This document shows positions 9,184-18,240 of a stretch of DNA of 64,000 bases, piece by piece. Source of the stretch: an uncultured virus (IMG/VR IMGVR_UViG_3300020385_000006). Lineage: Duplodnaviria; Heunggongvirae; Uroviricota; Caudoviricetes. The stretch is taken from IMG/VR virus record IMGVR_UViG_3300020385_000006, positions 1-64,000 of that record; one strand, given 5' to 3'. Each line of letters starts with the position of its first letter. The stretch's first letter is position 1. The notes beneath the pieces are model-generated. The model was not told the DNA's origin. It was given only the letters and a program-made list of their open reading frames with translations, and did not search any database. The position numbers were made by a program, and so were the translations under genes.

Positions 9184-9489
9184 TTATCCTTTTAAAAGAG
9201 CTTTAGTATCTATCGATTGGTTTCGAGCAGATGCATTTTTTTGTCGTTGTCCATCAAACTCCTTCTTCTGTACTTCTGATAACGAATCGTACCAACTTGC
9301 GAATCGACCACCAGGAATAGTTAAAAATTCGTCCCATAGATTACGTGGTTCATAATTTGGTTTAAATTCATAATTTGCTAATACCATTCCTAACAATGTA
9401 GATGCCTTTGGTTGAACTGATACATTGTTAGTTGCCATCGATTCATACCATTCATCCATTATCTGTGCTACATAATCTTTCTTGTCCAT
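9184..9489 (-). CDS. hypothetical protein
   Basis: ORF track 101 aa. Confidence 0.65.
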   Translation of the reverse strand: MDKKDYVAQIMDEWYESMATNNVSVQPKASTLLGMVLANYEFKPNYEPRNLWDEFLTIPGGRFASWYDSLSEVQKKEFDGQRQKNASARNQSIDTKALLKG

Positions 9490-9506
9490 AACTTATTCCT
9501 TTATTT

Positions 9507-9863
9507 TTATAAATATACTTCTGCGCCATTCTCATCATCTTCGAATACTGATACGTATACACAGTCAAATTCTAGTAAGATTTCTCTAGCTAACATTTCA
9601 CATGACTTGGCTCCAAATTCATGAGTTCTTGAATCTGCGTTATAATATTGATTACCTAAATATTCTAGAATATCTCGTTTAAACATTATAAACTCTACAT
9701 CGCGGTCATCATGATGCACACGTTTCTTTGCAGTGATATACCATTTATGTCGATGCATATTTGATAAGAATCCTACTTCTGGAAATACTCCTTGAGCAGC
9801 TGGCCAATTATGTAGACCTTCTAACTCTAATTTTGCTATTACGTTTGTTTTAAATACACTCAT
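9507..9863 (-). CDS. dpdL: QueD-paralog T-fold protein, DpdL-like (putative CDG decarboxylase)
   Basis: GLHNWP, LSNMHRHKW (LxxxHRHx[F/W]), DRDVEFIMFKR, SCEMLA, VFEDDENGA; lacks the CxxxHG motif of canonical QueD. Confidence 0.6.
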   Translation of the reverse strand: MSVFKTNVIAKLELEGLHNWPAAQGVFPEVGFLSNMHRHKWYITAKKRVHHDDRDVEFIMFKRDILEYLGNQYYNADSRTHEFGAKSCEMLAREILLEFDCVYVSVFEDDENGAEVYL

Positions 9864-9867
9864 ACTA

Positions 9868-9899
9868 TCAATATATAAAATTTATTTCATGAATCCAAA
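9868..9899 (-). promoter_or_regulatory. sigmaA-type promoter, near-leaderless
   Basis: TTTG-N20-TATATTGA, 4 nt before the ATG at 9863. Confidence 0.6.
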
Positions 9900-10438
9900 T
9901 GATTTTTAACTTTATTCCAATATGCAACTGTTGCTGGTTTGTAGATACCTTTTGGTCCACCATTCCAACATCTTGCAATTTCTTCAGGTGTTACTAAATT
10001 ATAGTAATCTCGATAAATGTTAAACATTTCTATAGATCTTTGTCTACACCATCGGTCTTTGTATTCATATCTTTTTTCGGAACCTTGACGTTTAAGGATC
10101 CTATTAACATCTCGTACCATTGTGCGTCGTATTTGTAAAGCCCCAACAGCATCTTCTTCAACACAGTAAGCATCGTCATTTCCTCCACTTTCTATTTGTA
10201 TTAATGCATTAATAATTCTATCATCTGGTTCTTGGTTAAAATGATATCTAGGACGTTCTAAATCATTTATGATTGATTTTAAACTATCCATTTGATATTG
10301 ATAATATATCTTATCTCGTATAATTTGATTTTCTAAATCAAGTATTTGATCTTCATAACTTATTAATCCTAATGCTGCTGGGCATGCTAATAATATTGTG
10401 ATCATACAAATTTTAATCTCGCAAGGTAACTTTTTCAT
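9887..10438 (-). CDS. membrane-anchored lysozyme-like / lytic transglycosylase
   Basis: ALIQIESGG (catalytic E), AVGALQI, ARCWNGG; N-terminal TM. Confidence 0.8.
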   Translation of the reverse strand: MKKLPCEIKICMITILLACPAALGLISYEDQILDLENQIIRDKIYYQYQMDSLKSIINDLERPRYHFNQEPDDRIINALIQIESGGNDDAYCVEEDAVGALQIRRTMVRDVNRILKRQGSEKRYEYKDRWCRQRSIEMFNIYRDYYNLVTPEEIARCWNGGPKGIYKPATVAYWNKVKNHLDS

Positions 10439-10710
10439 TTTGTTCTAATATCTACGTTTAAACCTAATTTTTGTAACTGAGCATATTTAATGTACACATC
10501 ATTTCCAAATCCAGAATAAAGTTCTGCTTCGCCGGCGTTATGTGTTATCATAGCCATCTGCTCTGCTAGTAATGAATTACAGTCTGGTAATACAGATTGC
10601 AGCGCATACATTACATTATCAAATGAATTGAAATCATCGTCTATTAAATACAAATATAATCGCTTTCTACGCTTCCTGCGTGTACTCCCAAATGATCCTG
10701 ATGTCTCCAT
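10435..10710 (-). CDS. clpS: ClpS adaptor-like protein
   Basis: LYLIDDDFNSFDNV, AEQMAMITHNAGEA, LQKLGL. Confidence 0.75.
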   Translation of the reverse strand: METSGSFGSTRRKRRKRLYLYLIDDDFNSFDNVMYALQSVLPDCNSLLAEQMAMITHNAGEAELYSGFGNDVYIKYAQLQKLGLNVDIRTK

Positions 10711-10736
10711 ATGTTGTTGATGTAACCCAATCCATG

Positions 10737-10949
10737 TTAATGCTCCTGATGTTCTATTTTAACTATACCATATTCCTGATATTCGTTGATGAGCTCTTTT
10801 GTAACCTTTGTCCGATCCGCTATACCATACGCTTCTTTTGCTGCAATATTAACTCCTGCATCATCTTGTACATATACTATATACGAGTTTTGAGCCCCAT
10901 CCTGGAAATCGTAAGTATCTGTAATCTTACTCACTATCTTCCATGACAT
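10737..10949 (-). CDS. hypothetical protein (start revised to MSWKIV)
   Basis: ORF track; revised to reduce overlap. Confidence 0.55.
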   Translation of the reverse strand: MSWKIVSKITDTYDFQDGAQNSYIVYVQDDAGVNIAAKEAYGIADRTKVTKELINEYQEYGIVKIEHQEH

Positions 10950-11142
10950 GGATGAGCCTTTGTAATTTAGCACATTTTTCATATTCTTCTTTCTTTTCAA
11001 AATACGTTATCATATGATTCATAAAAGCAATTTTTTTAGATGTATCAAATGTCTGAGGCCATATATTAATGCTAGTAATAACATCATAGACTTCGTCGAT
11101 TGTAAGATCTAAATAGTTTTCTGTCATTGTCATTGTTTCCAT
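10927..11142 (-). CDS. small protein with UVR (UvrB/UvrC)-like motif
   Basis: YFEKKEEYEKCAKLQRLI. Confidence 0.65.
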   Translation of the reverse strand: METMTMTENYLDLTIDEVYDVITSINIWPQTFDTSKKIAFMNHMITYFEKKEEYEKCAKLQRLIHVMEDSE

Positions 11143-11158
11143 ATTTGCTTATTTTATC

Positions 11159-11190
11159 TTAATATAAGAAATATATGTCACGTTACCAAA
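11159..11190 (-). promoter_or_regulatory. sigmaA-type promoter
   Basis: TTTG-N20-TATATTAA. Confidence 0.7.
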
Positions 11191-11206
11191 TGTTTAATAT
11201 GATTTG

Positions 11207-11638
11207 TTACCACTTTCTACAAGACCAATATCCTGCAGTTGTACGATCTTTTTTCTGGTCACACTTATGTCGTGCTCTAAATGATTTTCTGGCACCTGGA
11301 TTATCTTTTTTGATAACCATACCTTTCTGGCCAAAGTTAACTTTTTTAACGTTACCTGTCTTAGGATCTTTAACATATACCTTAAACTTTTTAACATCGC
11401 CTTGCATAGGTTTACCTAACTTAACTTTACGTCCTTGGTACTCTGCTTCTTGGAATATTACAGGTTCATCATGTTCTAATATTTCTAATCCTAATGCTTC
11501 ATTTCTAAATAACACAGTCTCTGATACTTTAACACATTTGTCTTTACCATCTTCGGTACCTGCATATCGGTATCCTTTCCAACATGCTTTACCATCAGCG
11601 CCTTTTACTTTTTCACCTAATATATCTTTTAGTTTCAT
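11207..11638 (-). CDS. conserved large-phage protein (DUF6321-like)
   Basis: KKVNFG, RKSFRARHKC, AGYWSCRKW; N-terminal MKLKDILGE; CWKGY module. Confidence 0.75.
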   Translation of the reverse strand: MKLKDILGEKVKGADGKACWKGYRYAGTEDGKDKCVKVSETVLFRNEALGLEILEHDEPVIFQEAEYQGRKVKLGKPMQGDVKKFKVYVKDPKTGNVKKVNFGQKGMVIKKDNPGARKSFRARHKCDQKKDRTTAGYWSCRKW

Positions 11639-11856
11639 TTTTTAGCTCCTGCAAATTTTTCTAGGCCAGCTATACCAAAACATCCTAACACTACAAGTGT
11701 GAATGAATCATATATGAATTCATTGATAATTAGATCTTTACCTACGTACCCGGTAACTAAGTCTAACACGGCGAATACTACCATTACTAGGAATGCAATA
11801 AAACCTACCACATTCTTTTCATTCCAATCGTTATTGTCTTTAAATATATTCCACAT
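11635..11856 (-). CDS. two-TM membrane protein (possible holin)
   Basis: Two hydrophobic helices, basic C-terminus. Confidence 0.6.
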   Translation of the reverse strand: MWNIFKDNNDWNEKNVVGFIAFLVMVVFAVLDLVTGYVGKDLIINEFIYDSFTLVVLGCFGIAGLEKFAGAKK

Positions 11857-12047
11857 TACTTAGACTCCTCTGCTTCCATAGCCGTTTTTATAAGTGGCCA
11901 CATCTTACTGAATACTTTCTCTGCATCACGTTTCTCCTTACCGGAAAGCATTTTTATTAATTTGTTTAACTGTATAAATGTTTGGTTTCCTTGAGCTGTT
12001 ATAGGATGTCCATATCTATCTTCTTTAAGAATATCTTTTAATTTCAT
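11856..12047 (-). CDS. hypothetical protein with MKLKDILKE leader
   Basis: ORF track 63 aa. Confidence 0.65.
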   Translation of the reverse strand: MKLKDILKEDRYGHPITAQGNQTFIQLNKLIKMLSGKEKRDAEKVFSKMWPLIKTAMEAEESK

Positions 12048-12238
12048 AGTCCCATACCTCTTCGGTTATACTTTGTTCTTTGATCCTTATCCACATACTC
12101 AACAGCATCATACGCGCCACAATGAGGACATCTAAGTTTATCTAATCTAGATGCTTCATTTATTTTCCATTCTTCTCCACATCCTTTATCAGAACATTTG
12201 TAAATGTATGTATGTCGTATGAATACTTTATGTGCCAT
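12044..12238 (-). CDS. zinc-ribbon protein
   Basis: CSDKGC and CPHC. Confidence 0.65.
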   Translation of the reverse strand: MAHKVFIRHTYIYKCSDKGCGEEWKINEASRLDKLRCPHCGAYDAVEYVDKDQRTKYNRRGMGL

Positions 12239-12528
12239 TATCTTTGCATCTTTTTTCGATATATCTTATACAATCTAACTTCTACTTCTAACGCACTTAC
12301 AATATCATCTAATAAATCATACCCACCTGATTGCATTGATGCTTCAACCCATTGTCTCAAATCATTTTTCATATCATCTGAGTCAGACCATTTCTGGTCA
12401 ATGTTTGATTGTAATCGCATAGTTGAATAATCTTCACCTAGGTTAGATTGGTCTACTTCTCTCGAAGCTTGGGCATATTGAGCCTCTTTAAATTCTCGAG
12501 TCCATTTATGTGAATCAAATTGTGCCAT
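12238..12528 (-). CDS. hypothetical protein
   Basis: ORF track 96 aa, downstream of the ATATTTATA motif. Confidence 0.7.
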   Translation of the reverse strand: MAQFDSHKWTREFKEAQYAQASREVDQSNLGEDYSTMRLQSNIDQKWSDSDDMKNDLRQWVEASMQSGGYDLLDDIVSALEVEVRLYKIYRKKMQR

Positions 12529-12543
12529 TTCATTTTCCTTTTA

Positions 12544-12552
12544 TATAAATAT
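12544..12552 (-). promoter_or_regulatory. putative phage late/middle promoter ATATTTATA
   Basis: Same 9-mer precedes genes at 19389, 20450, 22209, 23529, 23918, 41781 and 59148. Confidence 0.55.
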
Positions 12553-12893
12553 TAGAATGCTTCCATAACAATCTCGTCAATTGCATCTTGAACTTCTTTT
12601 CTTGTAGCTTCCATAGTCATCATAATATTGGCCTGGAATCGCTTAGCTTCCTCATTGTTATTGAAGATAACTAATGTAGGCACGACTACTATTTTATATT
12701 CACTAGCCCATCTTGAATCCGCAGTTATATCCACTCTTTGAGTTTCACAATCCGTTAGTTTGCTTAGCCATGTGACATCATTTGTTTTATTGAAACTAGC
12801 GTTAAATTCTACTACTACCATACCTTCTGGAAAGTCTTGGCTCAATGCAAACGTGGACACGAATAGCAATATTATTAGTAATAACTTTTTCAT
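12552..12893 (-). CDS. secreted thioredoxin-fold protein lacking CxxC
   Basis: Signal peptide; VVVEFNASFN, YKIVVVPTLVIFNN. Confidence 0.7.
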   Translation of the reverse strand: MKKLLLIILLFVSTFALSQDFPEGMVVVEFNASFNKTNDVTWLSKLTDCETQRVDITADSRWASEYKIVVVPTLVIFNNNEEAKRFQANIMMTMEATRKEVQDAIDEIVMEAF

Positions 12894-12901
12894 AATGATT
12901 C

Positions 12902-13186
12902 CTATTTTAAATTATCAATTTTATCTTCCATTCGAATCATCTGCTCTTTGATCTCCTTCACATCCTCTTGGGTGGTCATGATAGTTTGTCGTATCAATTG
13001 ATCTTTCATATCATATTCCATACGAGTAATTTCTGGAGCAGATGGTAATGGAAGGGCTTTGGCTTCTTCAATATCTGCCTGTAATGCAAACCACATACCA
13101 ACTACAGTTGCAATACCTACTGCAATACCTGCTAACGTCTTTATACTTATTTGAAACGACGTATCTTCATTTAATTCTTTAGCCAT
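12902..13186 (-). CDS. single-TM coiled-coil protein
   Basis: TM LAGIAVGIATVVGMWFAL followed by heptads. Confidence 0.7.
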   Translation of the reverse strand: MAKELNEDTSFQISIKTLAGIAVGIATVVGMWFALQADIEEAKALPLPSAPEITRMEYDMKDQLIRQTIMTTQEDVKEIKEQMIRMEDKIDNLK

Positions 13187-13195
13187 GATTATCTC

Positions 13196-14233
13196 CTAAA
13201 ATATTACGTAATTGACACCTACGCTAAAGTTGTGCCAATCCCTGTTCCAGTATTTATTATATCTTCCTTCTACAAATACTCCTAAACTCTTATTAAATCT
13301 ATACCCAAATATAAGTCCTGCGGAATAATCTAACCATTGACCATTATTATATTTATGATATGAATATTCGCTATCTGTATCAATATGATAAGGCATTACG
13401 TTACCCCATGAATGAAACCAGAAGTCTTTTGTAAAATGATAATAATCAAAACCTAACACAGCAGAATACTCTACTGTATTAGATAATGCATTTCTTTGAT
13501 CTTCAACGTAATCGTTAATCACTTCTGGTACAACAACTTCTTCCCATACTTCTTGACTATTAGCAACCACATTACCATCCGGATCTAAATAAGTCCCATC
13601 TAATGTTATATTGTATCCCTCTTGAAGTGCCAGATATGTATAATGTAAACTTCCATTGGCCAACACCCAGTCTACCAGGGGGTCAAATCCATATGGTTCA
13701 GCAAGTCTTTGCACCGCCCCTATATTGAACGATAACTTACCTAATTCGCCTATTTGAAACCTGAATCTTTCAGAGGCTTCAAAGTATTTTATATCGGCAA
13801 ATCCATCTTCCAAGTACTCAACCTTACTCACCCATTTATCTGCAACATACCTTACAAAGTGATGCTGATTGATATAATCTATACCTAATCGTCTCACAAA
13901 ATCAGTTTCAAACAAATATTCAAAACCATCTACCCGGCCTAATGTTGCTGCATCTGAATAAGATCTTTCTGTACCATTATAGAATGTATTCGCTCTATTC
14001 TCATATCCAAATCGTTTTATCTTTCTGATACCAATTGATATACTGTAATCGAAAGGTGTTTCAATAACTTGCTCTTCTAATGTTCCAGACGTAACTGACC
14101 ATACTTGAGCATCTCCTAATGATGTACCACCATTAACTGCTGCATAAAATGTTGAATATTTAAATATATTCTTAACGCCTTGCGCATTACTTAGTAACGG
14201 TAAACATAAAAATAATACTAATAACTTTCTCAT
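13196..14233 (-). CDS. putative outer-membrane beta-barrel protein
   Basis: Signal peptide ending SNA|Q; amphipathic aromatic-rich strands; C-terminal beta-signal VGVNYVIF. Confidence 0.7.
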   Translation of the reverse strand: MRKLLVLFLCLPLLSNAQGVKNIFKYSTFYAAVNGGTSLGDAQVWSVTSGTLEEQVIETPFDYSISIGIRKIKRFGYENRANTFYNGTERSYSDAATLGRVDGFEYLFETDFVRRLGIDYINQHHFVRYVADKWVSKVEYLEDGFADIKYFEASERFRFQIGELGKLSFNIGAVQRLAEPYGFDPLVDWVLANGSLHYTYLALQEGYNITLDGTYLDPDGNVVANSQEVWEEVVVPEVINDYVEDQRNALSNTVEYSAVLGFDYYHFTKDFWFHSWGNVMPYHIDTDSEYSYHKYNNGQWLDYSAGLIFGYRFNKSLGVFVEGRYNKYWNRDWHNFSVGVNYVIF

Positions 14234-17175
14234 TGCTTAATTACCTTTTTATTGATTGATTTGCCATCATATGTTATAACAAAATTATATAAACCTGATG
14301 CCAATTGAGATACATCTAATTGATTTATTTTTGATTTTAATTGATCTTCTTTAACTCGTATTACAAGTTTACCAGTTATATCATATACATCTATACTTGC
14401 TTGAACATTTGTTGCAATGGTAATCATATCATTAGTTGGATTAGGATATATAATAATATCAGCTTGTTCTAACAATTCATCAATATCTAATCCATTTTGC
14501 TCTTGGCAATAATCATATAAGCCTTCACATTTGATATCCCATTCGAGATCACAACAAGAAGGATCGACATTTATTACCCATGCATAACAAGAATCATTTA
14601 ACCAATATGGATCACCTGGTCCCATCCCTGCTCCACCACAACCTGCATCATATAGACAGCTACCATTATCTTGATTTGCTATAGGATCATAGTTATAAGC
14701 TTCACTATCCATACAACCTTCTAATACATCGACACAAGAAAAGTCTTCTGTGTTTGCTTCTGAATCATAATTTAATGCCGATGGATCAGTACAACCTAAA
14801 ACAACATCAACGCATGAAAAGTCTTCTGTGTTAGCTAAAGGATCAAAATTAAATGCTGAAGGATCTGTACAGCCATATAATACTGGAATGCAAGATTCGT
14901 TATCTGTATTAGCTACTGGGTCATAATTAAATGCTGTTGTGTCAGTACAACCAAATATATAAGGAATGCAGTTATCACTTGGCATATTAGCTAATTCATT
15001 ATAATTCCACATTGTTGGATCCATACAACCATAAACTTCAGGTATACATGATTCATCATCGACATTTGCATCTACATTATAATTAAATGCCATTGGATTT
15101 GTACAACCATAAATAGGATAAATACAATTATCATTATTTACATTTGCTGTAGGATCAAAATTTAAAGCCAATTCATCTATACATCCAAAATATAAACATG
15201 ATTCATTATCATTTAAGTTAGCTAATGGCTGGTAATTCCATGCTTCTTCATCCGTACAGCCTATAATCCATGGTTGACAAGAACCATCATCAGTGTTAGC
15301 TGGGTTCATATAATTATACCCATAAAGAGAAGGATCGGTACATCCATACACTACTGGTTCACATGCTATAATATCTGGGTCATATGTGTTAGCTTCAGGA
15401 TCATAATTAAACATTACAATGTCTGGATTAGATAAATTAGTAGGGTAAATACATCCATATACTATAGGCTCGCAAATATCACCACAATAAGGCATTGCTG
15501 AATAAACGTTCCAAAATGGTGGTTGGAATGGCTGTAATGCACCCGCTCCATTGCCTTCAAAAGGATTAACCCCTCCTGACAATAATTCAACTCCATCATC
15601 TCTTACAATTGTAAAAGAATTATGCATTGTTTGAAATAAAACTTCTTGAATTGGTTGCTGAGGAGCTTGTACTTGAAAATAATATACTTCAACAGACTTA
15701 TCAGATTCTAATACTATGTCCCATGATTGTTCTTCTATGCCAGGCCCCAATGTATATATCCATTCTTGTTCTCCGTGGAATACAGCTAAATAAGAATCGC
15801 CCCAACCGTCAGATGCATCATCTTCAATTGTAATAGTGTAATTGCAAGGAGATATAAGTTCTAATGAATTAGCATTGGGATCATAATTAAATTGACTATC
15901 ATCAGTACATCCATATATTTTTTCTGTTTGGCAATCTTCCAGAACATTGACATTAGCTGCTAAATCATATTCTAAGAAGTTATTATCCATACAACCATAG
16001 ATAGGTGGTATTTCACAATAAGGTAACCAAATAGGACCTGAATAAGTAGCACTACCAAATCCTGCTTCTGGTAAAGTCCATACTGTGTCTAATCCATCAC
16101 CACATGGTTCTGTATCTGCTAATATTACGAAATTACCATCTGTTCCACCATTATACAAAGATCCTTGCATTCCATCACCGTAGTCATCACTTAATATAAG
16201 TTCAACACCTGAAGTAGGAACACATAGTTCATATGGTATAGTTGTATTAGCTTGCGAATAATCATATTCTCCTCCTACAACATTGGCTACTGGTTGACCG
16301 TTACTAATATCTGTAAGTATCCATCCTGTTTCTCCTGGAAATTGATCCAATGTAATTTGAAGTATCATTTTTGCTTCACCATCAGAACATACTCCGTTAA
16401 CACAAGAACCATTATCAGCTTCTGCTAAAGGATTATAATTAGGCGATCCCGGATCAGTACATCCAAATATAGGAAATTCACATGTAAAGTTTTCTACATT
16501 AGCTTCCGGATCGAAGTTTAATGCTGTATCATTTGTACAACCTTCTACAACTGGTAGGCATGAACCATCGTCTGTATTGGCAGTATCATTAAAATTAAAA
16601 GCAGAAGAGTCTGTACAACCTAAAATTTCTGCATTAGGATCGGGACAATCACCTTCATCCCAATTAAATTCTTCACAATCAAAATAAACAGGATTTCCTA
16701 GATAAGAATAAATTCCATTGTCACAATAACCATCACCAATCCAACTAGTAATATTAGTTACATCAGAACCATTACAATCAAGTAAAGGATATTGACAAGA
16801 ATCATTATCAACATTTGCATTTTCATTATAATTTAATGCTAAACTATCTGTACAACCTTCTATGTCTACAGAACTACAGTCTCCCAATAAAAATGAACCT
16901 GCACCACCTTGTAAATCTCCTATGGCCCAAGAAATTTCTCCTGGGTAAGATCCGCCACCTACTTCAATATTATTACATTCATTTAAATTAACACATATTG
17001 TATCAACTGCTTCTGCTCCGCTTGCAAGTGTTATGGAATTATAACCTACTGTTAAAGTGTTACCGTTCCATCCATCGCCATATGAATCGTACATATTAAC
17101 TACTAAATTGCTACAGTCTTGACCATAGATAGTAGTTGTAAATAATAATATAAATAATAAAAATAATTTTCTCAT
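14230..17175 (-). CDS. T9SS (Por) type A C-terminal sorting domain protein with 16 Cys-Asp repeats
   Basis: Signal peptide; 16 GC(T/M/I)D-NY-AN-C repeats; three DxxxDGW/M motifs; CTD IYPNPT, VYDITGK, LASGLY, KKVIKQ. Confidence 0.85.
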   Translation of the reverse strand: MRKLFLLFILLFTTTIYGQDCSNLVVNMYDSYGDGWNGNTLTVGYNSITLASGAEAVDTICVNLNECNNIEVGGGSYPGEISWAIGDLQGGAGSFLLGDCSSVDIEGCTDSLALNYNENANVDNDSCQYPLLDCNGSDVTNITSWIGDGYCDNGIYSYLGNPVYFDCEEFNWDEGDCPDPNAEILGCTDSSAFNFNDTANTDDGSCLPVVEGCTNDTALNFDPEANVENFTCEFPIFGCTDPGSPNYNPLAEADNGSCVNGVCSDGEAKMILQITLDQFPGETGWILTDISNGQPVANVVGGEYDYSQANTTIPYELCVPTSGVELILSDDYGDGMQGSLYNGGTDGNFVILADTEPCGDGLDTVWTLPEAGFGSATYSGPIWLPYCEIPPIYGCMDNNFLEYDLAANVNVLEDCQTEKIYGCTDDSQFNYDPNANSLELISPCNYTITIEDDASDGWGDSYLAVFHGEQEWIYTLGPGIEEQSWDIVLESDKSVEVYYFQVQAPQQPIQEVLFQTMHNSFTIVRDDGVELLSGGVNPFEGNGAGALQPFQPPFWNVYSAMPYCGDICEPIVYGCIYPTNLSNPDIVMFNYDPEANTYDPDIIACEPVVYGCTDPSLYGYNYMNPANTDDGSCQPWIIGCTDEEAWNYQPLANLNDNESCLYFGCIDELALNFDPTANVNNDNCIYPIYGCTNPMAFNYNVDANVDDESCIPEVYGCMDPTMWNYNELANMPSDNCIPYIFGCTDTTAFNYDPVANTDNESCIPVLYGCTDPSAFNFDPLANTEDFSCVDVVLGCTDPSALNYDSEANTEDFSCVDVLEGCMDSEAYNYDPIANQDNGSCLYDAGCGGAGMGPGDPYWLNDSCYAWVINVDPSCCDLEWDIKCEGLYDYCQEQNGLDIDELLEQADIIIYPNPTNDMITIATNVQASIDVYDITGKLVIRVKEDQLKSKINQLDVSQLASGLYNFVITYDGKSINKKVIKQ

Positions 17176-17459
17176 AATTCTATTCCAAAATTAAATAACA
17201 TTAATCGGAATCGTTTGCAGCCATTACGGTCGCATGGACAATAGTATGACTCGAATAATGTAAATGTTCCTATTCGTATTGTTACATCATACCGCTCTTT
17301 CTTGTTACCATACTTCCAAGAATTAATAAAGTTCCAACTTCTTTTTTGAATAGATTTTTTGGCCTTTGCGGCAGTAACTGCTTTTTTATACTTACGCTTC
17401 TTTGCTACTTTCTTCACTTCTGATGCACTCTTTCTTACTTTTTTCTCTGCTGTTGCCAT
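17172..17459 (-). CDS. basic hypothetical protein
   Basis: ORF track 95 aa, Lys/Ala-rich N-terminus. Confidence 0.65.
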   Translation of the reverse strand: MATAEKKVRKSASEVKKVAKKRKYKKAVTAAKAKKSIQKRSWNFINSWKYGNKKERYDVTIRIGTFTLFESYYCPCDRNGCKRFRLMLFNFGIEL

Positions 17460-17464
17460 AACTT

Positions 17465-17854
17465 TTATCCTTTAAATATTTGTTTTTTACCACCAAAGTA
17501 CTCATATGCATGGCCTTCGGCTTTTAATGTTTCATTTATATTATATTGTTTACCGGTTTCATCCTGTATAAAGATCTCTCCAAGTACTCTACCATACTTA
17601 CCTACGCCATGAGACTTTAATCTAAAGTAACCTGATTTAGAACTAACCTTTTCTAATAGCTCTTTGTTACGTTCTTTGGCCGCCAAACCTTTGGCCTTCT
17701 CATCCAAATCTCTTGTTCTGCTTTCCCACGTGTCAATTCCCATATACCGGATTCGTTTCTTAACCCATATATCAAAACCAACATCAATAAGTGCATCGAT
17801 AGTATCGCCGTCAACAACTCTTTCAAGTTTTGCTCTGTAAATATATTTGTCCAT
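17465..17854 (-). CDS. thermonuclease (SNase) family protein
   Basis: RVVDGDTID, RYMGIDTWE, GKYGRVLG. Confidence 0.9.
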   Translation of the reverse strand: MDKYIYRAKLERVVDGDTIDALIDVGFDIWVKKRIRYMGIDTWESRTRDLDEKAKGLAAKERNKELLEKVSSKSGYFRLKSHGVGKYGRVLGEIFIQDETGKQYNINETLKAEGHAYEYFGGKKQIFKG

Positions 17855-17868
17855 AACTAATTCCTTGT

Positions 17869-18240
17869 TTATTTATCATCAGGTTCATAATGATATTTTA
17901 ATACTGCCTTTTTAACAGACTTACCTTTTGATGTACCATCTGCTAATAACTCTGATGGTACTATGTTGTCTGGAGTTCCATACCAATACTGTATTTCATA
18001 TCCTTTACCATCTGTCCATTTAACAATTAACCCGCGTTCATCTTGTGCATCTGCTTTAAGAACTATTTCTTTTTTTGCTGGCAATACCATATCAATAGAT
18101 TTCTTGCCACCTTTTTCAGAGTCACCTGTTTCTGGATCAAATATCTTTTTAGGAATTTCTTCAAACCCAGAACCTTTAAGTAAGTCCTTTAATTTAGGTA
18201 TTTTGTATTTCAATGAATTTTTATTTAAATTTTCAGCCAT
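17869..18240 (-). CDS. hypothetical protein
   Basis: ORF track 123 aa; KLKDLL motif. Confidence 0.65.
   Translation of the reverse strand: MAENLNKNSLKYKIPKLKDLLKGSGFEEIPKKIFDPETGDSEKGGKKSIDMVLPAKKEIVLKADAQDERGLIVKWTDGKGYEIQYWYGTPDNIVPSELLADGTSKGKSVKKAVLKYHYEPDDK

Noticed and set aside
14640..16860. Repeats in the T9SS protein as a CRISPR array or DGR template
   Set aside because: They are degenerate in-frame protein repeats with synonymous divergence, and no reverse transcriptase is present.
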